Shown: one piece after another, positions 46,828-55,784 of the stretch | Layout: the number at the start of each line of letters is the position of its first letter | Numbering within the stretch: the stretch's first letter is position 1 | Assembly (NCBI GenBank): GCA_963768655.1 | Contig: CAVYIM010000003.1 | Span: 32,001-96,000 of the forward strand | Direction of reading: 5' to 3' | Length of the DNA stretch: 64,000 bases | DNA from: an uncultured Chloroflexia bacterium | GTDB taxonomy: Bacteria; Chloroflexota; Limnocylindria; Limnocylindrales; CSP1-4 | Made by a program: the position numbers and the translations under genes | Notes under the pieces: model-generated | Seen by the model: only the letters and a program-made list of their open reading frames with translations | Databases searched by the model: none | Told to the model about the DNA's origin: nothing

Positions 46828-47799
46828 ATGCATCGACATCGCTCGCTCGGTCGCACGATCCGGGGCGCGATCCACGGATTGGTTACGTGGCCGTTCCACG
46901 CGCTCGCTTCGATCTTTCGCCCGGTCGGGGCAGCGCTCGCAGCGCTCGCCGGGGAGATCGCCGAACACTCCGGTCCGGTCGCCCGGCTGCTCCGCTGGGT
47001 CGCCAGACAGCTGCGGGGGCTGGTGCGCGATCTGGCCGGGATCCTGACCTCACTCCTCGCCGGAATCGGCGTCTTCCTGGTCGTGGCCGGGCTCTTCAGC
47101 TACTTCTCTCCCCCATACCTATCATCGTCGACCGGCCCCAGCCCCTCGCCGAGCAGCGTCGTCGCGTCCCCCACGCCGGTGCCCTACACCCTCCCGCCCC
47201 TGGCAACGGCGCGACCCTCGGCCTCCGGCAACGCGTCACCCGGCCCCTCCGGCACGAGTACGCTGGGCATCGCCACGCGGGTGGTCATACCCGCGCTCAA
47301 CATCGACGACGCCATCGTCGCCTCTCCCCCCAACGAGCAGTTCCCGCTCTGCAACGTGGCCGAGTACCTGAGCCTCGACAAGGTCTACGCGTATCCCGGA
47401 GCCCCGCAGGCCACCTACATCTACGCCCACGCCCGTGTCAACATGTTCTGGAACCTGCTCGTGCAGTCCAAGGTGAACAACGGTGCCGCCATGATCGGCG
47501 ACTGGGTCGAGGTCTACACGGCCGACGATCAGGACCACGTCTACGTGATCAACCAGGTGATCCGCCACGTCCCTCCGACGACGGCATTCGCGGACCAGGC
47601 GCTTGCCGCCACGACGGATCAGCTCTGGCTGCAGACGTCGGAAGGCCATGCCGACTCATCGACGAAGCTGCAGATCGTCGCCCTGCCGATAGGCGTGTTG
47701 GCCGCGTCCTATGCGGATTCCCACCCCAAGGACAACGCGATCGTCTGCCCGGACGCGCCACTGTGCACGGGGCCGAACCAGGGTGGCTGCCGTCGCTAG
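46828..47799 (+). CDS. Sortase-fold membrane protein with Ser in place of the catalytic Cys
   Basis: TM helix and Ser/Pro linker, then RVVIPALNID, YIYAHAR (His), GDWVEVYT, YVINQV, LWLQTSEG (TLxTC position) and KLQIVA (Arg position). Confidence 0.72.
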   Translation: MHRHRSLGRTIRGAIHGLVTWPFHALASIFRPVGAALAALAGEIAEHSGPVARLLRWVARQLRGLVRDLAGILTSLLAGIGVFLVVAGLFSYFSPPYLSSSTGPSPSPSSVVASPTPVPYTLPPLATARPSASGNASPGPSGTSTLGIATRVVIPALNIDDAIVASPPNEQFPLCNVAEYLSLDKVYAYPGAPQATYIYAHARVNMFWNLLVQSKVNNGAAMIGDWVEVYTADDQDHVYVINQVIRHVPPTTAFADQALAATTDQLWLQTSEGHADSSTKLQIVALPIGVLAASYADSHPKDNAIVCPDAPLCTGPNQGGCRR

Positions 47800-48006
47800 A
47801 CGGGCGTCAGGGTCGCCGGCGCCAGTCGACCGAGTCCTACCGCCGCAGAATCTCGCCGCGAACCGCAGCAACACTCTGCGGGTCTCGAGTGTCACACGGC
47901 GTGCAAGGAATCCCAGGGGGACGACTTCGATATTCGACCAGGCGTCGAGTTCCTGACGCGGGCAAAGGCGGTGCCCGCGACCACCGAAGGAAGAGGGATC
48001 AAGACA

Positions 48007-49386
48007 ATGGCTCCAGAGTTGCCTGCTCCTGAAGAGGCCCCGCGACCCGGCCGGCTCGTGGACAAGGTCGGGGTCCCGGATCGAACTGGATCCCCAGCAA
48101 ACCCTAGATCGTCATTCGGCTTGCGGACCGCGGCCGGCGCCTTGGCGCTGGTATTGGTCGCGGCCGTGATCCTGGCCGGAGCCTGGCTCCAATTCCAGAC
48201 GAAGGTCTGGGGGGCCCCGAGCCCCAGCGCGACCCCGAGCGCCAGCGCGACCCCGACCGTCGGCGCGACCTCGACCGTCGGCGCGACCACGGGCACCACC
48301 AACAGCCCCACGCCTTCGACATCGCCAACGCTTGGACCCAGCGCCGCGGTCCTCACCGGCACCTTCAGCCCGACCGGCTCGATGGCCACGCCGCTGGTTG
48401 CCCAAACCGCGACATTGCTGACCGACGGTCGCGTCCTGATGGCGGGGGGCAGCCCAGACGGTGCGACCCCGCTAGCTTTCGCCGAACTCTATGACCCAGC
48501 GACCGGCTGGTTCAGCCTGACAGGATCGATGGCCCACGCTCGCTACGGCGCTGCCGCCGCGCGGCTCCTCGATGGTCGCGTCCTGATTGCCGGCGGGGTC
48601 GGCAACGACCTCGCGACGTCCGCATCTGCCGAGTTGTATGACCCAGCGACGGGCAAGTTCAGCCTGACCGGCTCGATGCTCTCCGCACGCGAGAATGGCA
48701 CCGCTACCCTGCTCCCCAACGGGCGCGTGCTGATCGCCGGAGGGAACAGCGAGACGGCGCTCCTTACTCCTGAGCTGTACGACCCGGCGACCGGCAAGTT
48801 CAGCCTGACCGGCTCGATGGTCACGCCACGCAATGAAGATACGGAAACGTTGCTCGCGGACGGCCGCGTCCTCTTCGCCGGAGGCCAGGACGAGTCGCTT
48901 GCGACGCTGGCCTCGGCCGAGATCCTCGACCCCAAGACTGGTAGGTTCAGCGCCACCGGCTCGATGACAACGGCACGCGCGGATGCCACCGCAACGCGGC
49001 TGCCCGACGGCCGCGTACTTATCGCCGGAGGCGTGGGCGATTCAGGAGTACTCGCCTCGGCCGAGCTCTACGACCCCAGGACGGGCAAGTTCAGCGTAAC
49101 CGGCTCGTTGATCACGGCACTCGACGATGCCACCGCAACCCCGCTCCAAGACGCCACGGTTCTGATCGCGGGCGGCCAAGACGCGTCGAATACGCCCACG
49201 GCGTCGGCCGAGCTCTACGACCCGGCGACTGGCACCTTCAGCCAGACAGGCTCGATGACCATGCCGCGAGATGGCCCAACCGCGACGTTGCTCGCGGATG
49301 GCCGCGTCCTGATCGCGGGAGGCAGCCCGTATGGTGGGGGCTATCTCGCTTCCGCCGAACTGTACGACCCGGCGACCGGCGCCTGA
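48007..49386 (+). CDS. Membrane-anchored Kelch-repeat protein
   Basis: TM helix ALALVLVAAVILAGAWL, a Ser/Thr/Pro linker and about 7 Kelch repeats (ATLLxDGRVLIAGG...SAELYDPATG). ATG at 48007 has a GAGGG RBS. Confidence 0.9.
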   Translation: MAPELPAPEEAPRPGRLVDKVGVPDRTGSPANPRSSFGLRTAAGALALVLVAAVILAGAWLQFQTKVWGAPSPSATPSASATPTVGATSTVGATTGTTNSPTPSTSPTLGPSAAVLTGTFSPTGSMATPLVAQTATLLTDGRVLMAGGSPDGATPLAFAELYDPATGWFSLTGSMAHARYGAAAARLLDGRVLIAGGVGNDLATSASAELYDPATGKFSLTGSMLSARENGTATLLPNGRVLIAGGNSETALLTPELYDPATGKFSLTGSMVTPRNEDTETLLADGRVLFAGGQDESLATLASAEILDPKTGRFSATGSMTTARADATATRLPDGRVLIAGGVGDSGVLASAELYDPRTGKFSVTGSLITALDDATATPLQDATVLIAGGQDASNTPTASAELYDPATGTFSQTGSMTMPRDGPTATLLADGRVLIAGGSPYGGGYLASAELYDPATGA

Positions 49387-49442
49387 GCCCGAGGGGCTCG
49401 ATCACATTTCAAAGGGTGCACGACGCGGCCACCCTCTGCGGC

Positions 49443-51071
49443 TCAGAAGGCGATCGCTTCGTCATGCGCAGCGTCCTGGGCGGGGCCTTCGCCTTCGCCG
49501 GCGGCGCCTCGTCCTCTCCGGCTTCGAAGCGCCAGGGCCGGGACGACTGCCACGAGCGTGACGGCCGCGGCTACTAGGAAGACGCCGACCAGGATCGATG
49601 CCGCCTTGCTGGCGGCCCAGCTTTCGAGCGCCTGCGCCACCAGCCCGTCGTGCAGCGATCGATCGCGGAGGTACGCCGGAATGTACTGCTTGTACGCATC
49701 GCCCGAGCCGTAGATCTGGTTGGAGATGCGCGTGATCGTGGTCGATCCGAACGCCGTGAGCGCGGCCATGCCGACGGCCATGCCGATCATCCGGGCCACG
49801 GTCACCGTCGCGGATGCGGCCCCGAATGCGGCCCGGCCCGCGGCTTCCACCGCCGCCGTCGACCGCGGCGTGACCGTCAGCCCGAACCCTAGGCCGAAGA
49901 CCGCCGCTGATACGGCGAAGGCGTCGGTCGGCGCCGTCGGGCTCCAGGTCGACATCCACGCCAGGCCGCCGGCGCTCAGCGCCAGACCGACCAGTGTCAT
50001 CAGGCGCAGGGACAGCAGACGGGTCAGGAAACCCGAGAGCAGCGCGCCGACTGCCATGGCCCCGGCCAGCGCGCCCAGCACGACTCGCTGCTCCGCCGGA
50101 CCGCCGTAGAGCACGCGGTCGACGAACACGGCCCCGCCCACGATGGCGGTCGCCATGCCGTAGCCGGTCAGCAGCGAGATCAGCGCGGCCGAGCTGAAGA
50201 CCCGGTCGGCGAATAGCCGCGGGTCCAGGAAGGGGTCGGGCCGGCGCAGGCCGTGGACGATGGCGGCGAGGAGTGAGGCGAGGCCGAGCGCAAGAAGTCC
50301 GCCGATTGCCAGCGCGATGGGCACACCGAAGACATCGTCGCCGCTGCCGATGAGGGTGATCCCGAACAACGTTGCGGCCAGGCCAACCGAAAAGAACAGG
50401 GCTCCGAGCAGATCCAGTCGCGCGGGCACGTGGGGGGTGTCCCAGCCGGAGCTGGCCGCCCACGCGATGGCGAGCCCGCAGATGCCGAAGGGGACGTTGA
50501 CGTAGAAAACCCAGCGCCAGGCCGGCGAGACGGTGCCGACCAGAGGGCCGGAGCTGATCCCCAGCTGCGCCAGGGCGGTATCGGGATGCACGGTCTCCAG
50601 AACCGCGGCCCCGACGAAGGGCCCGGCCGCCATCCCCAGGAAGGTCAACGCGCCGATGATGCCCAGGGCTCGGGGCCGGGCCGGCCCCTCGAAGAGATGC
50701 GAGGCGGCGGCAGTGGCGACGGGGATGATCGCGCCGCCGCCCACGGCCTGGACGAGCCGGGCCGCGATCAGCTGATCCAGGTCCTGCGCGATCCCCGCCA
50801 GGAACGAGCCGATGGTGAAGACGGTGAGGGCCGCCAGGAAGAGGCGGCGAGCGCCCCACGTGTCGGTGAGGCGGCCCGCCAGCGGCATCGTGACGATGTA
50901 GACCAGCAGGTAGCCGTTGATGATCCACGACGCCTTGCGCAGGTCCGTCCAGTTGGCCACGGAGGCCAGGATCTGGGGCAGCGCAACGGCCGTGACCATC
51001 AACTCCAGGCCGGCCAGGAACACGCCGAGGCCGAGCACCGCCAGAAGCACGTAGGAGTAGCGCGGCTGCAT
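49443..51071 (-). CDS. MFS efflux transporter, DHA2 (14-TM) type
   Basis: VALPQI, WIINGYLL, motif A GRLTDTWGARR, ARLVQAVGGG, WRWVFYVNVP and PFLDPRLF. Confidence 0.9.
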   Translation of the reverse strand: MQPRYSYVLLAVLGLGVFLAGLELMVTAVALPQILASVANWTDLRKASWIINGYLLVYIVTMPLAGRLTDTWGARRLFLAALTVFTIGSFLAGIAQDLDQLIAARLVQAVGGGAIIPVATAAASHLFEGPARPRALGIIGALTFLGMAAGPFVGAAVLETVHPDTALAQLGISSGPLVGTVSPAWRWVFYVNVPFGICGLAIAWAASSGWDTPHVPARLDLLGALFFSVGLAATLFGITLIGSGDDVFGVPIALAIGGLLALGLASLLAAIVHGLRRPDPFLDPRLFADRVFSSAALISLLTGYGMATAIVGGAVFVDRVLYGGPAEQRVVLGALAGAMAVGALLSGFLTRLLSLRLMTLVGLALSAGGLAWMSTWSPTAPTDAFAVSAAVFGLGFGLTVTPRSTAAVEAAGRAAFGAASATVTVARMIGMAVGMAALTAFGSTTITRISNQIYGSGDAYKQYIPAYLRDRSLHDGLVAQALESWAASKAASILVGVFLVAAAVTLVAVVPALALRSRRGRGAAGEGEGPAQDAAHDEAIAF

Positions 51072-51196
51072 AGCGGGAGTTTAGGGGAGGCCGCGGCTGA
51101 CCACGGGCTTCCCCGCCCTCTGGCCCCCGGGGTGCGCCGGGGTGCGCCGGCCGCCGCGCCATGACGGTCTCCGCAAACACGGCACAGCATCCGGGC

Positions 51197-51240
51197 TTGA
51201 CACCCGCCACCCCCGCAACCTAGCATCAACCGGCCTTTAT
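51197..51240 (+). promoter_or_regulatory. Sigma-70-type promoter with overlapping ArsR/SmtB-like operator
   Basis: TTGACA(51197)-N18-TAGCAT(51221). The imperfect palindrome ATCAA-CCGGCC-TTTAT at 51225-51240 overlaps the -10 element. Confidence 0.65.
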
Positions 51241-51345
51241 ATAAGGGCTCACTTCCGGGGCGCTGGCCGCCTCGAGAGAGGTACGCGGAGACCCGCCGAA
51301 CGGCAACCCGGACGGGCCCGCACGATAGACAAGAGGCCGCGCACC

Positions 51346-51732
51346 TTGCCCTCCCCAGCGCACATCAGGACCACCGTCGCAACGATCATCGACCAGCCGG
51401 ACGACTTGCGGGAGTTGCGCGTCTTCCACAAGGCGCTCGCCGACGTGAACCGCCTGCGCATCGTCCGAAAGCTCGCCGGGGGGCCGGCAACCGTGGGCGA
51501 GCTGATCGACACCGTCGGTCTGAGCCAGCCCCTGGTGAGCTGGCACATCTCGCGCCTCAAGGCGGCCGGCGTCGTGGAAACCAGGCGAACAGGCCGCGAG
51601 GTCTTCTGCCAGCTCCGACCCAACGTCTTCGACGAAGTGGCCGAACGGCAGCGCACACTGCTCGGCGTGCCGGTCCAGCCCGCACAACCCGCTCAACCGG
51701 CCGAGCCCCCCACGCGGGTGGAGGCGCACTGA
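51346..51732 (+). CDS. ArsR/SmtB-family transcriptional regulator
   Basis: FHKALADVNRLRIV, TVGEL, LSQPLVSWHISRLKAAGVV and RRTGREVFC. The TTG start with AAGAGG RBS is inferred. Confidence 0.88.
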   Translation: MPSPAHIRTTVATIIDQPDDLRELRVFHKALADVNRLRIVRKLAGGPATVGELIDTVGLSQPLVSWHISRLKAAGVVETRRTGREVFCQLRPNVFDEVAERQRTLLGVPVQPAQPAQPAEPPTRVEAH

Positions 51733-51735
51733 GCC

Positions 51736-52389
51736 GTGGGCGACCAGTCGTTCGTCTCGCAGAAGACGCGGGCCCGCGTTCGCGGCGCGATCACGCCCAT
51801 CGCCCTCGGCGCCGGTAGGATCGGCCTCACGCCGAACGCCCTGACGGTCATCGGCTTCCTCATCTCTGGCGTGGCCGCCGCGACCGCCGCAGCCCAGCTG
51901 TGGATCCCGGCCGCCGTCCTGGTCATCTTCGGCGGCTCGTTCGACATGCTGGACGGCGGGCTTGCACGCGCCCAGAACCGCGTGACCCGCTTCGGGGCCT
52001 TCCTCGACTCGACCCTGGACCGCTGGGGTGAGGGGGTCGTCTACATAGGCATCGTCGCCGGGGCTTCGGCCGCCGGCTTCGTCACGGGGGCGATCCTGGC
52101 CGCCGCCGCGGCCGTCTGCAGCTTCCAGGTCAGCTATACCCGGGCCAAGGCGGAGAGCCTCAAGCTGCACGGCGAGGTGGGCATCGCGCCCCGCGCCGAG
52201 CGGCTCGTCCTCCTGACCATCGGCCTCGTCGCGGCCGGCCTCGACGGGGGCGTCGTCGCGGGTGCGAGAGGCCAGCTCTGGCTGGCGCTCGGCCTCGGTA
52301 TCATCGCCGCCACCGCCAGCATCACCGCGGTCCAGCGAACCTGGCACGTCCACACTCAGCTGCGCAAAGAGGAGCAAGGAGCACAGTGA
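51736..52389 (+). CDS. pgsA: CDP-alcohol phosphatidyltransferase (phosphatidylinositol-phosphate synthase-like)
   Basis: TPNALT and signature DMLDGGLAR...GAFLDSTLDR. The SYTRAKAE and RAERL motifs are typical of inositol-phosphate-using members. Confidence 0.88.
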   Translation: MGDQSFVSQKTRARVRGAITPIALGAGRIGLTPNALTVIGFLISGVAAATAAAQLWIPAAVLVIFGGSFDMLDGGLARAQNRVTRFGAFLDSTLDRWGEGVVYIGIVAGASAAGFVTGAILAAAAAVCSFQVSYTRAKAESLKLHGEVGIAPRAERLVLLTIGLVAAGLDGGVVAGARGQLWLALGLGIIAATASITAVQRTWHVHTQLRKEEQGAQ

Positions 52390-52439
52390 GCGTCAACACC
52401 AGCGGCGACGCCGCGACCGCCAGGGTCGAGGCCAGGTGA
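52386..52439 (+). other. 17-codon translationally coupled mini-ORF (MSVNTSGDAATARVEAR)
   Basis: RBS AAGGAG. The GTG overlaps the pgsA TGA (GTGA), and its own TGA overlaps the GTG of the next gene. Confidence 0.45.
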
Positions 52440-53683
52440 CACAGGAACGTCTGGCCGTCGGCGCTGAGGTCGGCGACGGCGTCGGTCCTGCCGGGGCCGC
52501 CACCTCCACCCGTGCCGGCGACACCTCCGATCTTCCCACCGGGGCGGGGTCGGTTCGATCTCGCCCCGCGCAGCCCGGCAAGGCCGGGCCCCGACCAGAG
52601 AACGGCGCGGCCACGAAGAAGTTCGAGGCGCCCCACCGCCTGGAGAAGGAGACTTTCCTCACCCACGTCGCGGGCGTCACGCTGCTGAGCTTCTGGCGGA
52701 CCTCGTCCTGGGTCATCGGCCACCTCCCCGCCGGCCCGACGTATCGCGTCGGCGGCTGGGTGGCGATGATCGGCTACGCAGCGAGTCCCCAGCGCCGTCG
52801 CTGGCTGCGAGCCAACTTCGGGCACGTGCTCGGCGTGTCGCCCAAGGACAAGGCCGCCGGCCGCCTCGCTCGCGCCGCCTACCGCAACTACGCCCGCTAC
52901 GTCATGGAACTCATGCGCCTGCCGTGGCTCAAGCCCGACAAGGTCGATCTAATCCTCGAGGTCAAGAGCCTCGAGAAGTTCCTGGAGATCTACCGCGCAT
53001 CCAAGGGCGTGGTCCTGGTGGCCGCCCATCTCGGCAACAACGAGGCGGCCGCGGCCGGCTTCGCCAAGCAGGGCCTGGAGATCAACGTCGTCGGCGACGA
53101 CAGCTCGTACCGCGAGCTGTACGAGCTGTTCGAGCGCCAGCGGGAAAGCTGGGGCGTCAAGATGATCTCGTGGCGCAACCTGCGCGGCGTCTACGGCGCC
53201 CTGCGGCGCCACGAAGGCCTCGTCCTGCTGGTCGACTGGGGCTACCGAGAGGACGGCATCCCCGTCAAGATGTTCGGCGCCTGGACGACGCTCCCGGCCG
53301 GCCCCGCGATCCTGGCGGCCAAGCACGGCTCGACCATCGTGCCTTTCTCCATCAATCGACTACCGAACGGCACGTTCCGGGCGGCGGCGGACGATCCGAT
53401 CCACGTCGCATCGAACTCGCCGGCCGACCTGGCCCGCGCGACGCAGGAAATCGCGACCGCCCTGGAGGGCCACATCGCCCCCGCACCGGAGCAGTGGTAC
53501 ATCTTCAAGCCGATCTGGCCGGAGACCGCCGCAGAGGCGGCCGCTCTCGAGGCGCGGCATGCCGCGGCCATGGCGGCCGAAGCGACGGAGAACGGCACTC
53601 GAGGCGGCGGCGCCGGTCCCGCCGAGGACGCCGACGCTTCCGAAGGCAGGGCCGGCAAGCCACGGGGGCACAAGGGTAGATGA
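52436..53683 (+). CDS. LpxL/PatA-family acyltransferase 1
   Basis: LRANF, YARYVME, AHLGNNE (HxxxxE), LFERQRE, LLVDW, VKMFG, PAGPAILA and APEQW..FKPIWP. The GTG start at 52436 is inferred. Confidence 0.85.
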   Translation: MTQERLAVGAEVGDGVGPAGAATSTRAGDTSDLPTGAGSVRSRPAQPGKAGPRPENGAATKKFEAPHRLEKETFLTHVAGVTLLSFWRTSSWVIGHLPAGPTYRVGGWVAMIGYAASPQRRRWLRANFGHVLGVSPKDKAAGRLARAAYRNYARYVMELMRLPWLKPDKVDLILEVKSLEKFLEIYRASKGVVLVAAHLGNNEAAAAGFAKQGLEINVVGDDSSYRELYELFERQRESWGVKMISWRNLRGVYGALRRHEGLVLLVDWGYREDGIPVKMFGAWTTLPAGPAILAAKHGSTIVPFSINRLPNGTFRAAADDPIHVASNSPADLARATQEIATALEGHIAPAPEQWYIFKPIWPETAAEAAALEARHAAAMAAEATENGTRGGGAGPAEDADASEGRAGKPRGHKGR

Positions 53684-54777
53684 ACATCGAGGCGCCCCCG
53701 TCGACCGCGCCTGCGCCCGCCCACCCGGCCGATCCCGCGCCAGAGACCGCCACGCCGGGCTCGCCGGCCGGCTCCGGAGCCGCCTCCCGGTCGGGCCCGG
53801 CCACGCACCGCGGCCTGCGCCGGCGCGTGGCCGACCGGGCGGTCGCCACCCTCGTGATCGGCGCCATGGAGCTGATTCGGCGCATGCCGGACGCCCCGCT
53901 GTGGTGGCTCGGCAACGCTGCGGGCAACATCGAGTACCGGGCCGCCCGCAGCCGCCGCGACGAAGCGCGCCGCAACCTGCGCCGCGTGGCGGAGTGGATG
54001 GCCGCGCACGGCGTGGGGGACGAGAAGTACCATCGCGCGGCCACGGACCCACGCGCCCTCGAGGCGATCGTCCGATCGGCCTTCCGCCATCATGCCCACT
54101 ACTACATCGAGCTGGCGCGGGCGCCCCGCTTCGACGTCCACTACCTGGAGAAGCGGCTCGTCATCGAGACGCCGGACGAAGTCGAAGCGGCCCTCGCCGA
54201 GCGCAAGGCGCTGATTCTCGTGGGTCTCCATTTCGGCACGATCGAGCTGCCCGGGTTCCTCGCCCTTCATCGCCTGGGCCAGGTCGTCGCCCCGATGGAA
54301 TCGCTTCGCAATGAGCGCATCCAGGCCTACATGAAGAGGACTCGGGGCGTCATCGGCGTCCGCATCCTGACCATCGAAGAGGCAGGCCCCGAGCTGCTGG
54401 CGGTCCTTCGCCGCAACGAGCCGATCGGGATCATCGCCGACCGCGATCTGACCGGCAGCGGGCTCGCGGTCGAGCTCTTTGGCGCGAAGACGAAGATTCC
54501 GGCAGGACCGGCCCTGCTGGCCACCGAGACGGGCGCGCCGGCCTACGTTTCGGGCGTGTGGCGGGTGGGCCCGGGACGCTATCGTGGCGTCCTCTGGCCG
54601 GTTCCGACACCCGGGGGGTTGAGCCGGCGGGAGCGGAGCCGGTCGATGGTTCTGGAAGAGGCGCGGCTGTTCGAGCGCGTGATAGCCGCCGCGCCAGAGC
54701 AGTGGCTGGCAGTCTTTCACCCCATCTGGCCCGATCTGCGGCGGGCGCGAGAGACCGACACGGGAGAAGCCCGGTGA
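53680..54777 (+). CDS. LpxL/PatA-family acyltransferase 2
   Basis: RRNLRRV, LHFGTIE, IADRDLTGSG, VELFG, PAGPALLA and APEQWLAVFHPIWPD. The ADRDL and PxWPD motifs resemble mycobacterial PatA. Confidence 0.87.
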   Translation: MNIEAPPSTAPAPAHPADPAPETATPGSPAGSGAASRSGPATHRGLRRRVADRAVATLVIGAMELIRRMPDAPLWWLGNAAGNIEYRAARSRRDEARRNLRRVAEWMAAHGVGDEKYHRAATDPRALEAIVRSAFRHHAHYYIELARAPRFDVHYLEKRLVIETPDEVEAALAERKALILVGLHFGTIELPGFLALHRLGQVVAPMESLRNERIQAYMKRTRGVIGVRILTIEEAGPELLAVLRRNEPIGIIADRDLTGSGLAVELFGAKTKIPAGPALLATETGAPAYVSGVWRVGPGRYRGVLWPVPTPGGLSRRERSRSMVLEEARLFERVIAAAPEQWLAVFHPIWPDLRRARETDTGEAR

Positions 54778-55784
54778 ACCTGGCCGACGGATCGCCCCAG
54801 GGCTCGCTCGATAGACCCTGCCCGGACGCGCGCGCCGGCAAGGCCGACGTGCACATCCATTCCATCGCGTCCGATGGCACCGCCTCGGCTGCCCAGATCC
54901 TTGACTACGCCGAGAACCACACGGATCTGGACCTGATAGCCATCGCCGACCACGAGCGAATTGAGGCCGCGATCGAATGCCAGCGCCTGGCCCGAGAGCG
55001 CGGCACTCGCGTCCAGGTCGTCGTCGCCGAGGAGGTGACGACCCGCAGCGGGCATATCCTCGGCGTCTTCCTGCAGGCTCGCCTGAAGCGCGGCCAGCTT
55101 CTCGAGACGACGGTCGCGGAGATCCACGAGCAGGGCGGCCTGGCGATCGTGCCTCATCCCTTCTCCGCGTTCACCCTGGGGCTGCGCAAGCACGCCATCA
55201 TGCGCGTCCACCTTTCGAAGGATCCGCTCGTCTACTGGGACGCCCTGGAGGGCTACAACCCCTCGACCGCGGGGCGATACGGACGCGCCGCCACCGCCCG
55301 CATCGCCGCGGAGCTGGGGCTGCCGCTGGTAGGCAACAGCGATGCCCATACCCTCGACACGATCGGCGACGGCCACACGCTCTTCCCCGGCAGCACCGCG
55401 GAGGATTACCGCGCGGCGGTCCTGGCCGGGACGACGGATGGCAGCTGCATCACCTGGGGCCCGGCGCGCGAGGTCATGATCTACGGCCGCCAGGTCCGAA
55501 AGCAGGCCCACGACGTCTCGCGCTGGGGCCGGCGGAACCTGCTGCGCGACGATGCGCCGCGCGACCTGGGCGTCCCGGCCGATCAGCTCGAGTTGCAGCG
55601 CGAACGAGAGCGGCGCTATCTCCTGGAGCGCGAGGCGCGCCAGCTGGCCGAACGCCCGACCGCCGGAACGACCGGCCGCGAGACTGAGCGCGGCCTGGCT
55701 CGCCGCCTGCATGCCCTTCGCCAGAGCCGCGCCCGATCCAGTGCCGCCGCGCGCCGCCACGAGGTCGAGGAGCCGCCCGCATGA
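54774..55784 (+). CDS. PHP-domain phosphoesterase
   Basis: ADVHIHSIASDG, IAIADHE, AEEVTT..GH, PHPF, EGYN and GNSDAH metal ligands. GTGA overlap at 54774. Confidence 0.88.
   Translation: MNLADGSPQGSLDRPCPDARAGKADVHIHSIASDGTASAAQILDYAENHTDLDLIAIADHERIEAAIECQRLARERGTRVQVVVAEEVTTRSGHILGVFLQARLKRGQLLETTVAEIHEQGGLAIVPHPFSAFTLGLRKHAIMRVHLSKDPLVYWDALEGYNPSTAGRYGRAATARIAAELGLPLVGNSDAHTLDTIGDGHTLFPGSTAEDYRAAVLAGTTDGSCITWGPAREVMIYGRQVRKQAHDVSRWGRRNLLRDDAPRDLGVPADQLELQRERERRYLLEREARQLAERPTAGTTGRETERGLARRLHALRQSRARSSAAARRHEVEEPPA

Noticed and set aside
37151-49386. Diversity-generating retroelement acting on the Kelch genes
   Set aside because: There is no reverse transcriptase and no template/variable repeat pair differing at adenines. 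The similarity is ordinary blade-to-blade repetition.
52436-54777. Lipid A lauroyl acyltransferases (lpxL/lpxM) implying LPS
   Set aside because: They belong to the same protein family, but the pgsA/pimA context and PatA-like motifs favour glycolipid acylation. No other lpx or kdo genes are present.
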